64,000 nt of DNA from a virus. Below the pieces are notes generated by a model. It had not been told where the DNA came from. It saw nothing but the letters and a program-made list of their open reading frames with translations, and did not search any database. Below are positions 38,770 to 48,118 of the stretch, one piece after another (within the stretch, counting starts at the first letter, position 1; each line of letters opens with the position of its first letter). The stretch lies in the IMG/VR virus record IMGVR_UViG_3300029760_000001. The stretch is one strand, 5' to 3'. A program made the position numbers and the translations under genes.

Positions 38770-39876
38770 ATGAAAGATATAAAAATTGTCATCGGAGCAA
38801 ACTTTGGTGACGAGGGCAAGGGTAAATTAACAGATTATTATACTAAAAATGCAGATAACTGTATCGTTGTGTGTTCAAATGGCGGCGCTCAAAGAGGACA
38901 CACAGTATTAAAATCAGACGGAACCCGGCATGTCTTTCATCATTTCGGCTCTGGAACATTAAACGGAGCAGATACTTATTTACCGGAGGATTTTATTTTA
39001 AATCCTCTGGTATTTAAGGAAGAATGGGAAGAATTGAAAAATTTAGGATGGGAACCTTATGTGTATATTCATGAAAAATGCATGATTACAAATCCTCTTG
39101 ATATGATGGCAAATCAAATTATTGAACGAAGTCGTGGTAACAATAAACACGGAAGCTGTGGAATGGGGATTTATAATACAATTCAACGCTATAAAAAACA
39201 GATTTATATGTTCACATCGTCATGGTCATATTATATGAATATATTCAAAAGCATGGGAATTACGTTATCTGAGCAGGAAGAAGAATTATTTAATCCATTC
39301 AAAAATCCTGGGCTTCAAGACCATTACAATGAAGATCTTGATTTTATGATGTCACACGTACATGTCGTAAATGATGATCAATTACTTAACGGATACGACA
39401 CCATAGTATTTGAAAATGGGCAGGGGCTTCTTTTGGATCAAAACAATATGGAATATTTTCCGCATTTAACACCATCAAATACTGGTATTAAGAATCCTGC
39501 CAGAATTATAAAGTCTGTAAATTGGACTGATGAGATTAATATAGAAGCTTGTTATGTGACACGTACATATATGACTAGACATGGAGCCGGTGCATTTCCA
39601 ACTGAATGTAATAAGGAAGAAATTAATCCAAACATGGAAGATTTAACCAATGTTCCAAATCCACATCAGGATACTTTAAGATATGGGAAGTTAAATGTGG
39701 AAGAATTACATGAAAGATGTCAAGCAGATATAAAAACCTCTGGAATCCCATGTCGGAAGACATTGGCTATGACTCATATGAATGAATATTGTGAGTCTAA
39801 TATATCTCTTTATGAAATACATAAAATATTCAAAGATAACTGGAAATTAAAATTGTTTGAACGTGAGGAGAACTAA
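38770..39876 (+). CDS. Short adenylosuccinate-synthetase family protein (PurA-like / candidate PurZ-like)
   Basis: The P-loop GANFGDEGKGKLTD, GGAQRGHT, FENGQGLLLD and TRHGAGAFPTE align to E. coli PurA GTQWGDEGKGK, GGHNAGHT, FEGAQGTLLD and TRVGAGPFPTE. It is only 368 aa (PurA is ~430) and lacks the GATTGRRRR segment. Confidence 0.6.
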   Translation: MKDIKIVIGANFGDEGKGKLTDYYTKNADNCIVVCSNGGAQRGHTVLKSDGTRHVFHHFGSGTLNGADTYLPEDFILNPLVFKEEWEELKNLGWEPYVYIHEKCMITNPLDMMANQIIERSRGNNKHGSCGMGIYNTIQRYKKQIYMFTSSWSYYMNIFKSMGITLSEQEEELFNPFKNPGLQDHYNEDLDFMMSHVHVVNDDQLLNGYDTIVFENGQGLLLDQNNMEYFPHLTPSNTGIKNPARIIKSVNWTDEINIEACYVTRTYMTRHGAGAFPTECNKEEINPNMEDLTNVPNPHQDTLRYGKLNVEELHERCQADIKTSGIPCRKTLAMTHMNEYCESNISLYEIHKIFKDNWKLKLFEREEN

Positions 39877-40674
39877 ATGATTAAATTAAACGACGTAGAA
39901 ATCAAACTTAATAAATATCCGGATGGAACATTCTTATTTAAGGATATTCCTCCTATTGGACCCAAAAACCTTATTGAATGGTTTTTTGAGTCAATGGAAG
40001 AAATGTCAGCAATTATTTATCTTACTCAATATTGTAAAGATCAGGGTACTAAAATTTATTTAGATATGCCATATATTCCTGATGCACGTATGGATAGAGT
40101 AAAAAAGAGAAAAGAAATCTTTACACTAAAATATTTTGCTCAAATTATTAACTTGTTAAATTTTGAACAGGTAGAAGTTTTAGATCCTCACTCTGATGTA
40201 TCTGCCGCATTATTTAATAAAGTACATGTAGGAACCCCGAATCGAATGATTGAAACTGCTGTTAAGAAGATTGCGAGTAATAATCTTATGATGTTTTATC
40301 CGGATGCGGGATCTATGAAAAGATATTCTTCAGCAGTACATCTTCCATATGCTTTCGGTATTAAGAATAGAGATTGGGAAACAGGAGAGATTAAAGGTTT
40401 AGATTTATCTGGTGAAATTGATCAATTACCAGGTAAAGACATTCTTATTGTAGATGACATTTGCAGCAGAGGTGGTACTTTTTATTATAGTGCTAAAAAG
40501 CTGAAAGAGGCCGGTGTAGGTAAGATTTATCTTTATATTACTCATTGTGAGAATACTATTTATGAAGGAGAACTTCTGAAAAATAATGGATTGATTGAGA
40601 AGATTTATACGACAGATACGATTCTGACAAATCTGGAAAGTCCTAAGATTGAACTGGTTGAGAGATTTAGATAA
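39877..40674 (+). CDS. Prs-like phosphoribosyl pyrophosphokinase-family enzyme (candidate ADP-ribose pyrophosphokinase Adps / PRPP synthetase)
   Basis: The type I PRTase PRPP-binding loop ILIVDDICSRGGT is present, and the architecture is Prs-like. It lies immediately upstream of the NAMPT-like gene. Confidence 0.5.
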   Translation: MIKLNDVEIKLNKYPDGTFLFKDIPPIGPKNLIEWFFESMEEMSAIIYLTQYCKDQGTKIYLDMPYIPDARMDRVKKRKEIFTLKYFAQIINLLNFEQVEVLDPHSDVSAALFNKVHVGTPNRMIETAVKKIASNNLMMFYPDAGSMKRYSSAVHLPYAFGIKNRDWETGEIKGLDLSGEIDQLPGKDILIVDDICSRGGTFYYSAKKLKEAGVGKIYLYITHCENTIYEGELLKNNGLIEKIYTTDTILTNLESPKIELVERFR

Positions 40675-40683
40675 GGAGGCATT

Positions 40684-41052
40684 ATGAAACCGATTGTTAG
40701 TCCTTGGACGATTTATTTTGCTAGTAGAGCAGATTCTTTGAAGATTCTTGCTGGATGTATTTTAATATGCTGCATAATTGCGATATGTATAGCATTCATT
40801 GAGGGTGACATAGACTATGGATCTGTATTAACTCATAAAAGTTTTATGAAGAAATGTGCGATAGTATCTGTCATCAGCGCAGTTACTTTGGTTATCACTC
40901 CAAGTACAGAAACAATATATACGATGGCAGTTGTAAAGGAAATTACACCTGACAACATTCAAGCAATTGGGAAAACCGGCAAGGATGTTATTGATTACAT
41001 TACAGATCAGATTGATAAAGTTATAAATGATAAAGAGGAGAATAAAAAATAA
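40684..41052 (+). CDS. small membrane protein
   Basis: 122 aa with two predicted TM helices. Confidence 0.4.
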   Translation: MKPIVSPWTIYFASRADSLKILAGCILICCIIAICIAFIEGDIDYGSVLTHKSFMKKCAIVSVISAVTLVITPSTETIYTMAVVKEITPDNIQAIGKTGKDVIDYITDQIDKVINDKEENKK

Positions 41053-42524
41053 TGAATACAATGGCAATTTTACTCTCAGACACATATAAACAGATACATA
41101 ATAAAATCTATCCGAAAGGACTGGATCAATTAGTATCTTACTGGACCCCACGAAGATCAATGCTTAAGAATCAGAACAAAATGGTATTCTTTGGTCTACA
41201 GGCATTTATTGAAGAGTATCTGGTCGATTATTTTAATAAAAACTTTTTTGAATTAACAGCAGCAGAAGTTGAGCATACATATAAATACAGTATGGATATA
41301 CAGTTAGGAAATAGTTATGACCTAAAGCCTATTATGAAACTTCATAAATTAGGTTATCTTCCAATTCGGATACGTGCTATTCCGGAGGGAACATTAGTAC
41401 CAATGGGCATCCCATGCATCGAAATTACAAATACACATCCAGATTTTGCCTGGGTAGTACAGTGGATCGAATGTATTCTGCAGGTTGAACTCTGGAAACC
41501 ATGTGCTCATGCAACAATTGGTCATATGTATAGAGAACTTGCAAACGACTACTATAAAATGACCTGTGATGACTTTTTAAGACCTGAAATGGCCTGCTCA
41601 GACTTTGGTATGAGAGGAATGTCTTGTATGGAAGAGGCTATTAGATGCTCGTCTGCTTGGTTATTGTCATTTGATAAAACAAGTACAATTCCTGCTATTG
41701 ATTATATAGATACATATTATGATGCTTGTTGCTGGACTGAAAAGATTGGAATTGGGGCTGTATCAACAGAGCATAGCTGCATGGCTTCAAACTTTGCAGT
41801 AGACGGTGATGAAATCACATTTGTAAAAAGACTACTTACAGAACTATATCCTAATGCATCTTTTAGTATGGTATCTGATACATATGATTACTGGAACATG
41901 ATTGATAATATTCTTCCGGCTTGTAAAAAAGAAATCATGCAGCATAATGGTAAACTTCTGGTTCGTCCAGATTCCGGAGATATGGTAGAAATTGCTGTAG
42001 AGACAATTGAAAAGCTTTGGAATACATTCGGCGGAACAGTAAATAGCAAGGGATATAAAGTGCTTGATCCGCACATTGGAATTATCTATGGAGACGGATG
42101 TACTCTCAACAATGTAGAACAGGTATGGGAAGAACTTAAAGAAAAAGGATTCGCTGCAAACAATATCGTATTCGGGGTCGGAGCATTTTGCTTCTCAGCA
42201 GTTATAGAACCCGATGGACATATAGTTGTTGTAACTAGGGATATGTTTGGTATTGCTATGAAAGCTACATATGGAATTGTTAATGGCGAGCCAATTATGA
42301 TTTATAAAGATCCAAAAACCGACACGAGTCATTTGAAAAAGTCTCATAAAGGGTGTTGTTGTATATATCACGATGACAATGGAGAGTTGCAATGCATGGA
42401 TGGATTTAATGATGTATTTCGTGACGGAGTATTAAGAACTGTATTTAAAGACGGTGAAATGTATCATAAAGAAACATTTGAAGACATTAGAGAAAGATTA
42501 AACAGAGGAAACAAAGATGAGTAA
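41052..42524 (+). CDS. nadV: Nicotinamide phosphoribosyltransferase family (NadV / candidate Namat)
   Basis: The N-terminal LLSDTYKQIHNKIYP matches the NAMPT DSYK.H motif. At 490 aa with GDGCTL...GVGAF, it is type II PRTase (NAPRTase family)-like. Confidence 0.65.
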   Translation: MNTMAILLSDTYKQIHNKIYPKGLDQLVSYWTPRRSMLKNQNKMVFFGLQAFIEEYLVDYFNKNFFELTAAEVEHTYKYSMDIQLGNSYDLKPIMKLHKLGYLPIRIRAIPEGTLVPMGIPCIEITNTHPDFAWVVQWIECILQVELWKPCAHATIGHMYRELANDYYKMTCDDFLRPEMACSDFGMRGMSCMEEAIRCSSAWLLSFDKTSTIPAIDYIDTYYDACCWTEKIGIGAVSTEHSCMASNFAVDGDEITFVKRLLTELYPNASFSMVSDTYDYWNMIDNILPACKKEIMQHNGKLLVRPDSGDMVEIAVETIEKLWNTFGGTVNSKGYKVLDPHIGIIYGDGCTLNNVEQVWEELKEKGFAANNIVFGVGAFCFSAVIEPDGHIVVVTRDMFGIAMKATYGIVNGEPIMIYKDPKTDTSHLKKSHKGCCCIYHDDNGELQCMDGFNDVFRDGVLRTVFKDGEMYHKETFEDIRERLNRGNKDE

Positions 42525-42990
42525 AATTACAGATTATTTATTAAAAGATGATGTGATTGTAGTAATGGATGTAGATGGAGTACTTGCTCCGTATGAGTTC
42601 TCTGAATTAAGTCATAGTATGACTGATGATGAATGGGATAGACTTGTAGCTTCCGGTGAGAATCCGTATAAAGATGTACGTCCGATTAAATTAATGCAAG
42701 AGTTCATTCAGAAGAAAGGTATTGACAAAGTATATGCTTGTTCAAAGAGTCCTTCTAGTGAGATCCCCGGCAAAAGAGCTTTTATCAAAGATAATTACGG
42801 CCTTCCGGATGATAATATCTATTTTACTTTAGAAAAGACAGAAAAACTTACTGTGCTTCAGACGCTGCAACAAAAGCTTGGGCTTAAGCCGTCTCAGATT
42901 GCAATTGTAGAGGATACAGTAAAAACTTTGGATTATATTCGTGCACATAGTGATTTTGTAACTGTACACGTTTCATCATTTATGGAGTAA
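42517..42990 (+). CDS. HAD-superfamily 5'(3')-deoxyribonucleotidase-like protein
   Basis: HAD motif I VVMDVDGVL (DxDGV) in a 157 aa protein, NT5C-like in size. Confidence 0.45.
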   Translation: MSKITDYLLKDDVIVVMDVDGVLAPYEFSELSHSMTDDEWDRLVASGENPYKDVRPIKLMQEFIQKKGIDKVYACSKSPSSEIPGKRAFIKDNYGLPDDNIYFTLEKTEKLTVLQTLQQKLGLKPSQIAIVEDTVKTLDYIRAHSDFVTVHVSSFME

Positions 42991-43005
42991 AGAGGAGTAA
43001 AGAGA

Positions 43006-43545
43006 ATGAATTTACAAAGTATTAGTAGATATATAAGTCTTATATTAAGACATAAGCCTGAAGTTATTGGTATTACTATAGATGAACATGGTTGGGCGAA
43101 TGTAGAAGAACTGATTCAGGGTATCGCTAAAAACAATCCCAGATTCAACAAAGAATTTTTAGAGGAAATTGTACGGACTGACAATAAGCAGCGATATTCT
43201 TTCAATGACGACAAGACATTGATCAGAGCGAATCAGGGACATTCAATTCCGGTAGATGTAGAACTGGAAGAGAAAGAGCCACCTAAAATTCTTTATCATG
43301 GAACTGGCGAGAAATATATAGCGTCTATTGATCAGAATGGACTGATTCCTAAAAGTCGTTTATATGTTCATTTGTCAAAAGATGTTGAAACCGCCAAAGC
43401 TGTCGGCAAGAGACATGGTAAAGAAGTTGTTTATTCTATCAATAGTGAACAGATGTACAAAGATGGATACAAATTTTACTTATCTAAAAATGGAGTTTGG
43501 CTGACTAAAAGGGTTCCAGTGAAATATTTAATGAAGGAGGTATAA
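43006..43545 (+). CDS. kptA: RNA 2'-phosphotransferase Tpt1/KptA family (NAD+-dependent)
   Basis: [32 protein letters not shown]...LYHGT...LYVHLS matches the KptA/Tpt1 (PTS_2-RNA) family. Confidence 0.65.
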   Translation: MNLQSISRYISLILRHKPEVIGITIDEHGWANVEELIQGIAKNNPRFNKEFLEEIVRTDNKQRYSFNDDKTLIRANQGHSIPVDVELEEKEPPKILYHGTGEKYIASIDQNGLIPKSRLYVHLSKDVETAKAVGKRHGKEVVYSINSEQMYKDGYKFYLSKNGVWLTKRVPVKYLMKEV

Positions 43546-43547
43546 AA

Positions 43548-43955
43548 ATGAGTAGTACATATTTTACGGATTCAGTTTCAGATCTTTGTCAGGGGATTGT
43601 TGATAAAGCAGATACTTATGAAAAACGAATTAAATACTTAGAAGAAGAAAACAAGAAGCTCAAAGATGAGCATTATAAAGATTCTGAAATGCAGAGAATG
43701 GAAGCAGAATTGAAAAAAGCGAAAGAGGATCTGTACAGAGGATTTCCAATTTCAGAAAAAGAACAAGAGAAAATCAGAGAGTGGGAATTAAAACATGATG
43801 CTGAGAAACATGGTTTGAAAACTATGGAACAGAGGGCAATGGGACATGGTTGCATAGGCGGCTCTCTTACATGGTGCTTTACACCAACATCAATCGGAAC
43901 TATTGGAGAAGTGATTTGCTCCTGTGGCGAGAAGTTTACATTTCAGGATTTATAG
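43548..43955 (+). CDS. hypothetical protein (coiled coil + Cys cluster)
   Basis: 135 aa ORF. Confidence 0.4.
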   Translation: MSSTYFTDSVSDLCQGIVDKADTYEKRIKYLEEENKKLKDEHYKDSEMQRMEAELKKAKEDLYRGFPISEKEQEKIREWELKHDAEKHGLKTMEQRAMGHGCIGGSLTWCFTPTSIGTIGEVICSCGEKFTFQDL

Positions 43956-43965
43956 GAAAAGATTT

Positions 43966-44466
43966 ATGATTAAAATTATTGAAGGTAATATTGTTAATGC
44001 AAAGACAGATTTTATAATTCATCAGGTTAACTGCCAGGGTGTTATGGGATCTGGAGTTGCTAAAGCATTAAGAGATTATGATGAAGGCATTTATAAACAC
44101 TATAGAAAGTTTTGTGAATTTTGTAAGTTCGAGCCGGAAGAACTACTCGGAACATGTGATGCATATTTATTGAAAGATAGAGGTCAAATTGTATTGTCTT
44201 TATTCGCACAAAATAACTATGGATATGATGGTAAACAGTATACAGATCTTGAAGCTTTTAGAGATGGTTTAAGATATATTTCGCAACATTTTGGAGTATG
44301 GCGTGAAAAAAATGGACTAGAAGGAAAAGATCTTTGTAGAACCTCAGTAGCACTTCCGTATAAGATTGGTTGTGTAAGAGGGGGAGCAGACTGGGAAGTG
44401 GTTTATAAAATCATTGAAGAGGAACTTAAAGATTATGATGTGGAATTATGGAGGCTGGATGAATGA
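43966..44466 (+). CDS. Macro domain protein (ADP-ribose binding / ADP-ribosyl hydrolase)
   Basis: IIHQVNCQGVMGSGVAKAL matches the macrodomain VNAAN...GGGV core. ATG 43966 with an AGGAAAAG RBS is preferred over the 43924 start. Confidence 0.6.
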   Translation: MIKIIEGNIVNAKTDFIIHQVNCQGVMGSGVAKALRDYDEGIYKHYRKFCEFCKFEPEELLGTCDAYLLKDRGQIVLSLFAQNNYGYDGKQYTDLEAFRDGLRYISQHFGVWREKNGLEGKDLCRTSVALPYKIGCVRGGADWEVVYKIIEEELKDYDVELWRLDE

Positions 44467-44747
44467 ACAGAAAAGATAATACATTAGAAGGAATAGGTGC
44501 GTTTACAGTAATCATCCTTGCGATTTTCACTCTTGTTATTAGTCCGGCATTATCATTTATGTTTGCTTACATAGGTGGATGTATACTGAAATTTTTTGTA
44601 GGGGACGCATTGGTTAATGGACTAAATATCATATTTAATACAACTAGATTTACGAAACCAATGATCCCTGTTATTTGTGCAACAATTGCAACAATTGGTA
44701 AATATTTTAAAACAACAGTCGATATGTCAAGACATAAAGGACAGTAG
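44463..44747 (+). CDS. small membrane protein
   Basis: 94 aa with two TM helices. Confidence 0.35.
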   Translation: MNRKDNTLEGIGAFTVIILAIFTLVISPALSFMFAYIGGCILKFFVGDALVNGLNIIFNTTRFTKPMIPVICATIATIGKYFKTTVDMSRHKGQ

Positions 44748-44756
44748 GAGTTTTAT

Positions 44757-45332
44757 ATGAGAGAGTACCATATTTATATACAACATACAAAATGTGTAGA
44801 AGCTCATTTTAATTACATTATATACAGATGGCTCCCATGGGAATATGTAGGATGTGTAGAAGGGACTAAAGAACTGTATACATACTTTAAGTCAAAGTTC
44901 CCATACAGCATGAGAAGTATCAATTTATATCATTCATTCAACTATTTTGATGATGAATATTTAAAAATAGATAATAATTGGGATTTTATGTGTACTTGTC
45001 CGCGTGAATATCACAGATATTTGATTATTGATGATTATGGTAATGTACGAGACTTTCATCAGCTTACTAAGAAATATAAAAAGAAATACTATCGTACATA
45101 TCATAAGCATCATGGTTGGAATATTCATTGGGCTTCAACAGTGCCGGATCAGCGTAAAAGTATTACACCAGAAGAGATTGTAGAGGTAAGAAATGAATAT
45201 GGTATTACGCTCAAACCTATAAAACCAAAAAGAAAAACAGATTCATGGGATCATGTGAGAGGATTAAAAGTGTCGGGTTGGAAAATGCAGAGTAAAAGGA
45301 GAAAACAGTGGAAACCAATGGAGGGCATTTAA
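44757..45332 (+). CDS. hypothetical protein (basic, His/Tyr-rich)
   Basis: 191 aa ORF. Confidence 0.4.
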   Translation: MREYHIYIQHTKCVEAHFNYIIYRWLPWEYVGCVEGTKELYTYFKSKFPYSMRSINLYHSFNYFDDEYLKIDNNWDFMCTCPREYHRYLIIDDYGNVRDFHQLTKKYKKKYYRTYHKHHGWNIHWASTVPDQRKSITPEEIVEVRNEYGITLKPIKPKRKTDSWDHVRGLKVSGWKMQSKRRKQWKPMEGI

Positions 45333-45333
45333 A

Positions 45334-45762
45334 ATGATTAATAGTTTTACTGGAGATTATTACTTTTTAAGTAACTTTTATATGGCACCGGTAAATTACA
45401 ACGGATGGGACTATACAAATAATGAAGCAGCTTTTCAAGCGCAGAAAACAAAGAATCGTAGACTAAGATTCCAGTTATTTTCTGAAGCTAACCCATCAGA
45501 AGCAAAAGCAGCAGGCAGAAAGATTGATTTAAGATCTGATTGGGAAGAAGTGAAAGATAAAGTAATGTATGAAATCGTACTGGCTAAATTCACTCAGAAT
45601 CCAGACCTTAAGGAAAAGTTACTTGCTACAGGTGATGAACATTTGGAAGAAGGAAATACATGGGGAGATACAACTTGGGGAACTGTTAATGGTATTGGAG
45701 AAAACAGGCTTGGTATAATTCTTATGAAAGTAAGAAAGGAACTGCAGGAGGAATCAAAATGA
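45334..45762 (+). CDS. NADAR / YbiA-like (DUF1768) domain protein
   Basis: GDYYFLSNFY...EAAFQAQKT...W...G matches the YbiA/NADAR family. That family includes N-glycosidases and the guanine de-ADP-ribosylating NADAR antitoxins. Confidence 0.6.
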   Translation: MINSFTGDYYFLSNFYMAPVNYNGWDYTNNEAAFQAQKTKNRRLRFQLFSEANPSEAKAAGRKIDLRSDWEEVKDKVMYEIVLAKFTQNPDLKEKLLATGDEHLEEGNTWGDTTWGTVNGIGENRLGIILMKVRKELQEESK

Positions 45763-45977
45763 AAAAAGCAGTATCTATATTAATTCTTCTGTTTATCAGT
45801 GTATTTATGTTGACTGGATGCGCTAAATGTATTGATAAGAAAGAAGAAAGTGTAAAAGTCAAAATTGTTAATGAATACTATAAGCCGGAAGAAACTCATT
45901 TAATAGGTATAATTAATCATGTTCCGCAATTTCGGACAGATTATGCCGAGTATGAAATTACGGTAAACTATAACTGA
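45759..45977 (+). CDS. small lipoprotein
   Basis: Signal peptide plus lipobox LTGCAKC. Confidence 0.4.
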   Translation: MKKAVSILILLFISVFMLTGCAKCIDKKEESVKVKIVNEYYKPEETHLIGIINHVPQFRTDYAEYEITVNYN

Positions 45978-46119
45978 GTGGAATATTCACTTAGTGATGA
46001 AAGTACATATCGTAAATATCATGGAAGAATAGGACAAACAGTGTCTGCAGTATTAGTTACTAAAACATATGATGATGGTGAGGTTAGGCAGTATATTAAT
46101 CGTTTGGGAGGATTATAAG

Positions 46120-46881
46120 ATGAAATATTACAATGGATACTTTAAAGAACTTAAGAATGAAATTGTACAGTGGATCAGAGACTGGTTTGATCAAAATGGC
46201 CCAGGCTGCAATGCAATAGTAGGAATCTCTGGTGGAAAAGATTCTTCTGTTGTAGCAGCATTATGTGTTGAAGCATTAGGAAAAGACAGAGTAATTGGTG
46301 TGCTTATGCCACAGGGTCAGCAGAAAGATATTTATGCTGCGTACAAGCTTTGTGAATTTCTTGATATTAAATCATACGAAATCAACATTGGCGACACAGT
46401 TCGAAGTGTATTGTCAAGACTCGAAAGCTCAGGAATCGAGATCAGCGAACAGACAAAAATAAATCTTCCGGCACGTATTAGAATGTCTACATTATATGCT
46501 GTCTCTCAGTCTTGTAATGGAAGAGTAGCAAATACATGTAATCTTTCAGAATCATATGTCGGTTATGAAACCAGGTATGGTGATTCGGCAGGTGATTTTA
46601 GTCCGTTAGGAAAATTAACTGTATATGAAGTTAAAAAACTTGGATATGAATTATTGCTTCCTACAGAACTTATTGAAAAGATCCCGATAGATGGCTTGTG
46701 TGAAAAGACAGATGAGGACAATTTAGGATTCCCATATGAAGTTCTGGACAGATATCTTCGTACAGGAGAGATTGACGATCTGGATGTAAAAGCTAAGATT
46801 GATTTAATGCATAAACGATGCCTTTTTAAATCAGAGAAGATCCCGGTATTTAATCCTGGATTAAAAGTAGAGGTAGCATAA
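46120..46881 (+). CDS. nadE: NH3-dependent NAD+ synthetase
   Basis: PP-loop GISGGKDSS, 253 aa from the MKYYNGYF start, with a GGAGGA RBS 7 nt upstream. Confidence 0.75.
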   Translation: MKYYNGYFKELKNEIVQWIRDWFDQNGPGCNAIVGISGGKDSSVVAALCVEALGKDRVIGVLMPQGQQKDIYAAYKLCEFLDIKSYEINIGDTVRSVLSRLESSGIEISEQTKINLPARIRMSTLYAVSQSCNGRVANTCNLSESYVGYETRYGDSAGDFSPLGKLTVYEVKKLGYELLLPTELIEKIPIDGLCEKTDEDNLGFPYEVLDRYLRTGEIDDLDVKAKIDLMHKRCLFKSEKIPVFNPGLKVEVA

Positions 46882-47141
46882 TGGAAAATGTACTTATATC
46901 AATTTTTTTGTTCGAACTTTTCTTTACAATGCTTTTAGTAATAAACTGTGCAGTAGATGAATTATTACCAATAGAAGAATATAAAATGTTGGTCCAAAAT
47001 AGAAATTGGTTCGGTAAGATATATATATTTATTACAATTATATTTACTATTCCTTCAGCAATTATTATATATATCGCTTTGTTAATTGTGTTATTAATAA
47101 CATTTATTTATACACTTGGAATTAAAGAGGAGAAGAAATAA
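46881..47141 (+). CDS. small membrane protein
   Basis: 86 aa with two TM helices. Confidence 0.35.
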   Translation: MENVLISIFLFELFFTMLLVINCAVDELLPIEEYKMLVQNRNWFGKIYIFITIIFTIPSAIIIYIALLIVLLITFIYTLGIKEEKK

Positions 47142-47142
47142 C

Positions 47143-47691
47143 ATGAAACCATATGATGTTGGGCTTGTTTGCGGGCGTTTTCAAACGTTCCACAAAGGCC
47201 ATGAAAAACTTATTGATACTGGGTTATTACTTTGTGATCGAATGCTTATTCTCGTCGGTAGCGCTCAAGAATGCGGGACAGAACGTAATCCTTTGAATGT
47301 CAATACTAGAATCAAGATGATACGTGAAGTGTATGGTGATGATCCAAACATTATGATTTATGCATTATCAGATCTCACTGATGAAAATGATATTACTCCA
47401 GATTGGGGTAGATATCTTCTTCAAAATGTGGATCGGTATATTTATAAAAATCCAGATGTAATGATTTATGGTAATGATGATAGCCGGAGCGGATGGTTTG
47501 ATAAGAAAGATTTAAAGAACACAACCGAATTAATCATTAATCGTGAAGAATTACCCATCTCTGGGACCATGTTGAGAGCACTTATGATACAGGATAAACG
47601 GCGAGAATGGATGACTTTTGTTAATCCTAAGTTACATAAAATGTATGATGAAATTCGTAGTGAACTTATGGAAAGCATAAGGGAGAATTAA
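47143..47691 (+). CDS. Nicotinamide/nicotinate mononucleotide adenylyltransferase (NadM/NadR-type cytidylyltransferase fold)
   Basis: VCGRFQTFHKGHEKLI is the (H/T)xGH nucleotidyltransferase motif in its GRFQPFHxGH NMNAT form. 182 aa. Confidence 0.7.
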   Translation: MKPYDVGLVCGRFQTFHKGHEKLIDTGLLLCDRMLILVGSAQECGTERNPLNVNTRIKMIREVYGDDPNIMIYALSDLTDENDITPDWGRYLLQNVDRYIYKNPDVMIYGNDDSRSGWFDKKDLKNTTELIINREELPISGTMLRALMIQDKRREWMTFVNPKLHKMYDEIRSELMESIREN

Positions 47692-47875
47692 TATATGGAA
47701 TTTGCAAAAGCAATAGCATGGATTTCAACTGCAGTAGCAGTAATAATAGGCATGAAAATTACAGAATCGCCATGGTGCTTGTGGGCGTTTTTGTTACCAT
47801 TATCAATGAGTTAAAGTTACATGATAATGTAGATGTGGAATTTGAAATTTTAGCAGAGGAGTTTAAAAGATAAAC

Positions 47876-48082
47876 ATGAATAATATTTATTTGGTTATGA
47901 GAGAAAAAGACAATGTAGTTGTGTCTATTATGCTGAATAAATCAGATCATACATATTCTTTTGTAAATCTTACAAAAGGACATATTTGTACTTGCAAATT
48001 TGCTACATTTGAAGATGCTATAAAAGATATGGAGGAGAAGAAAGACAATGGAGAAGTCATAGATTATATAAAATTACTATGA
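47876..48082 (+). CDS. hypothetical protein
   Basis: 68 aa. Confidence 0.3.
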   Translation: MNNIYLVMREKDNVVVSIMLNKSDHTYSFVNLTKGHICTCKFATFEDAIKDMEEKKDNGEVIDYIKLL

Positions 48083-48118
48083 ATTATAAAGAAAGAACTG
48101 ATTCTAAAGAGGTTTTAA

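Noticed and set aside
27312-39876. Full Z-genome (2-aminoadenine) pathway call
   Set aside because: Only a PurA-family homolog and a generic HD hydrolase are visible. No MazG-like (MazZ) or PolA-type DpoZ is present in the window, so the idea is kept only as a hypothesis to test.
39877-39900. Copy of the AATTAAATTAAAC motif at 39881
   Set aside because: It lies within the first codons (MIKLND) of the Prs-like gene, so it is probably coincidental coding sequence in an AT-rich genome rather than a regulatory box.
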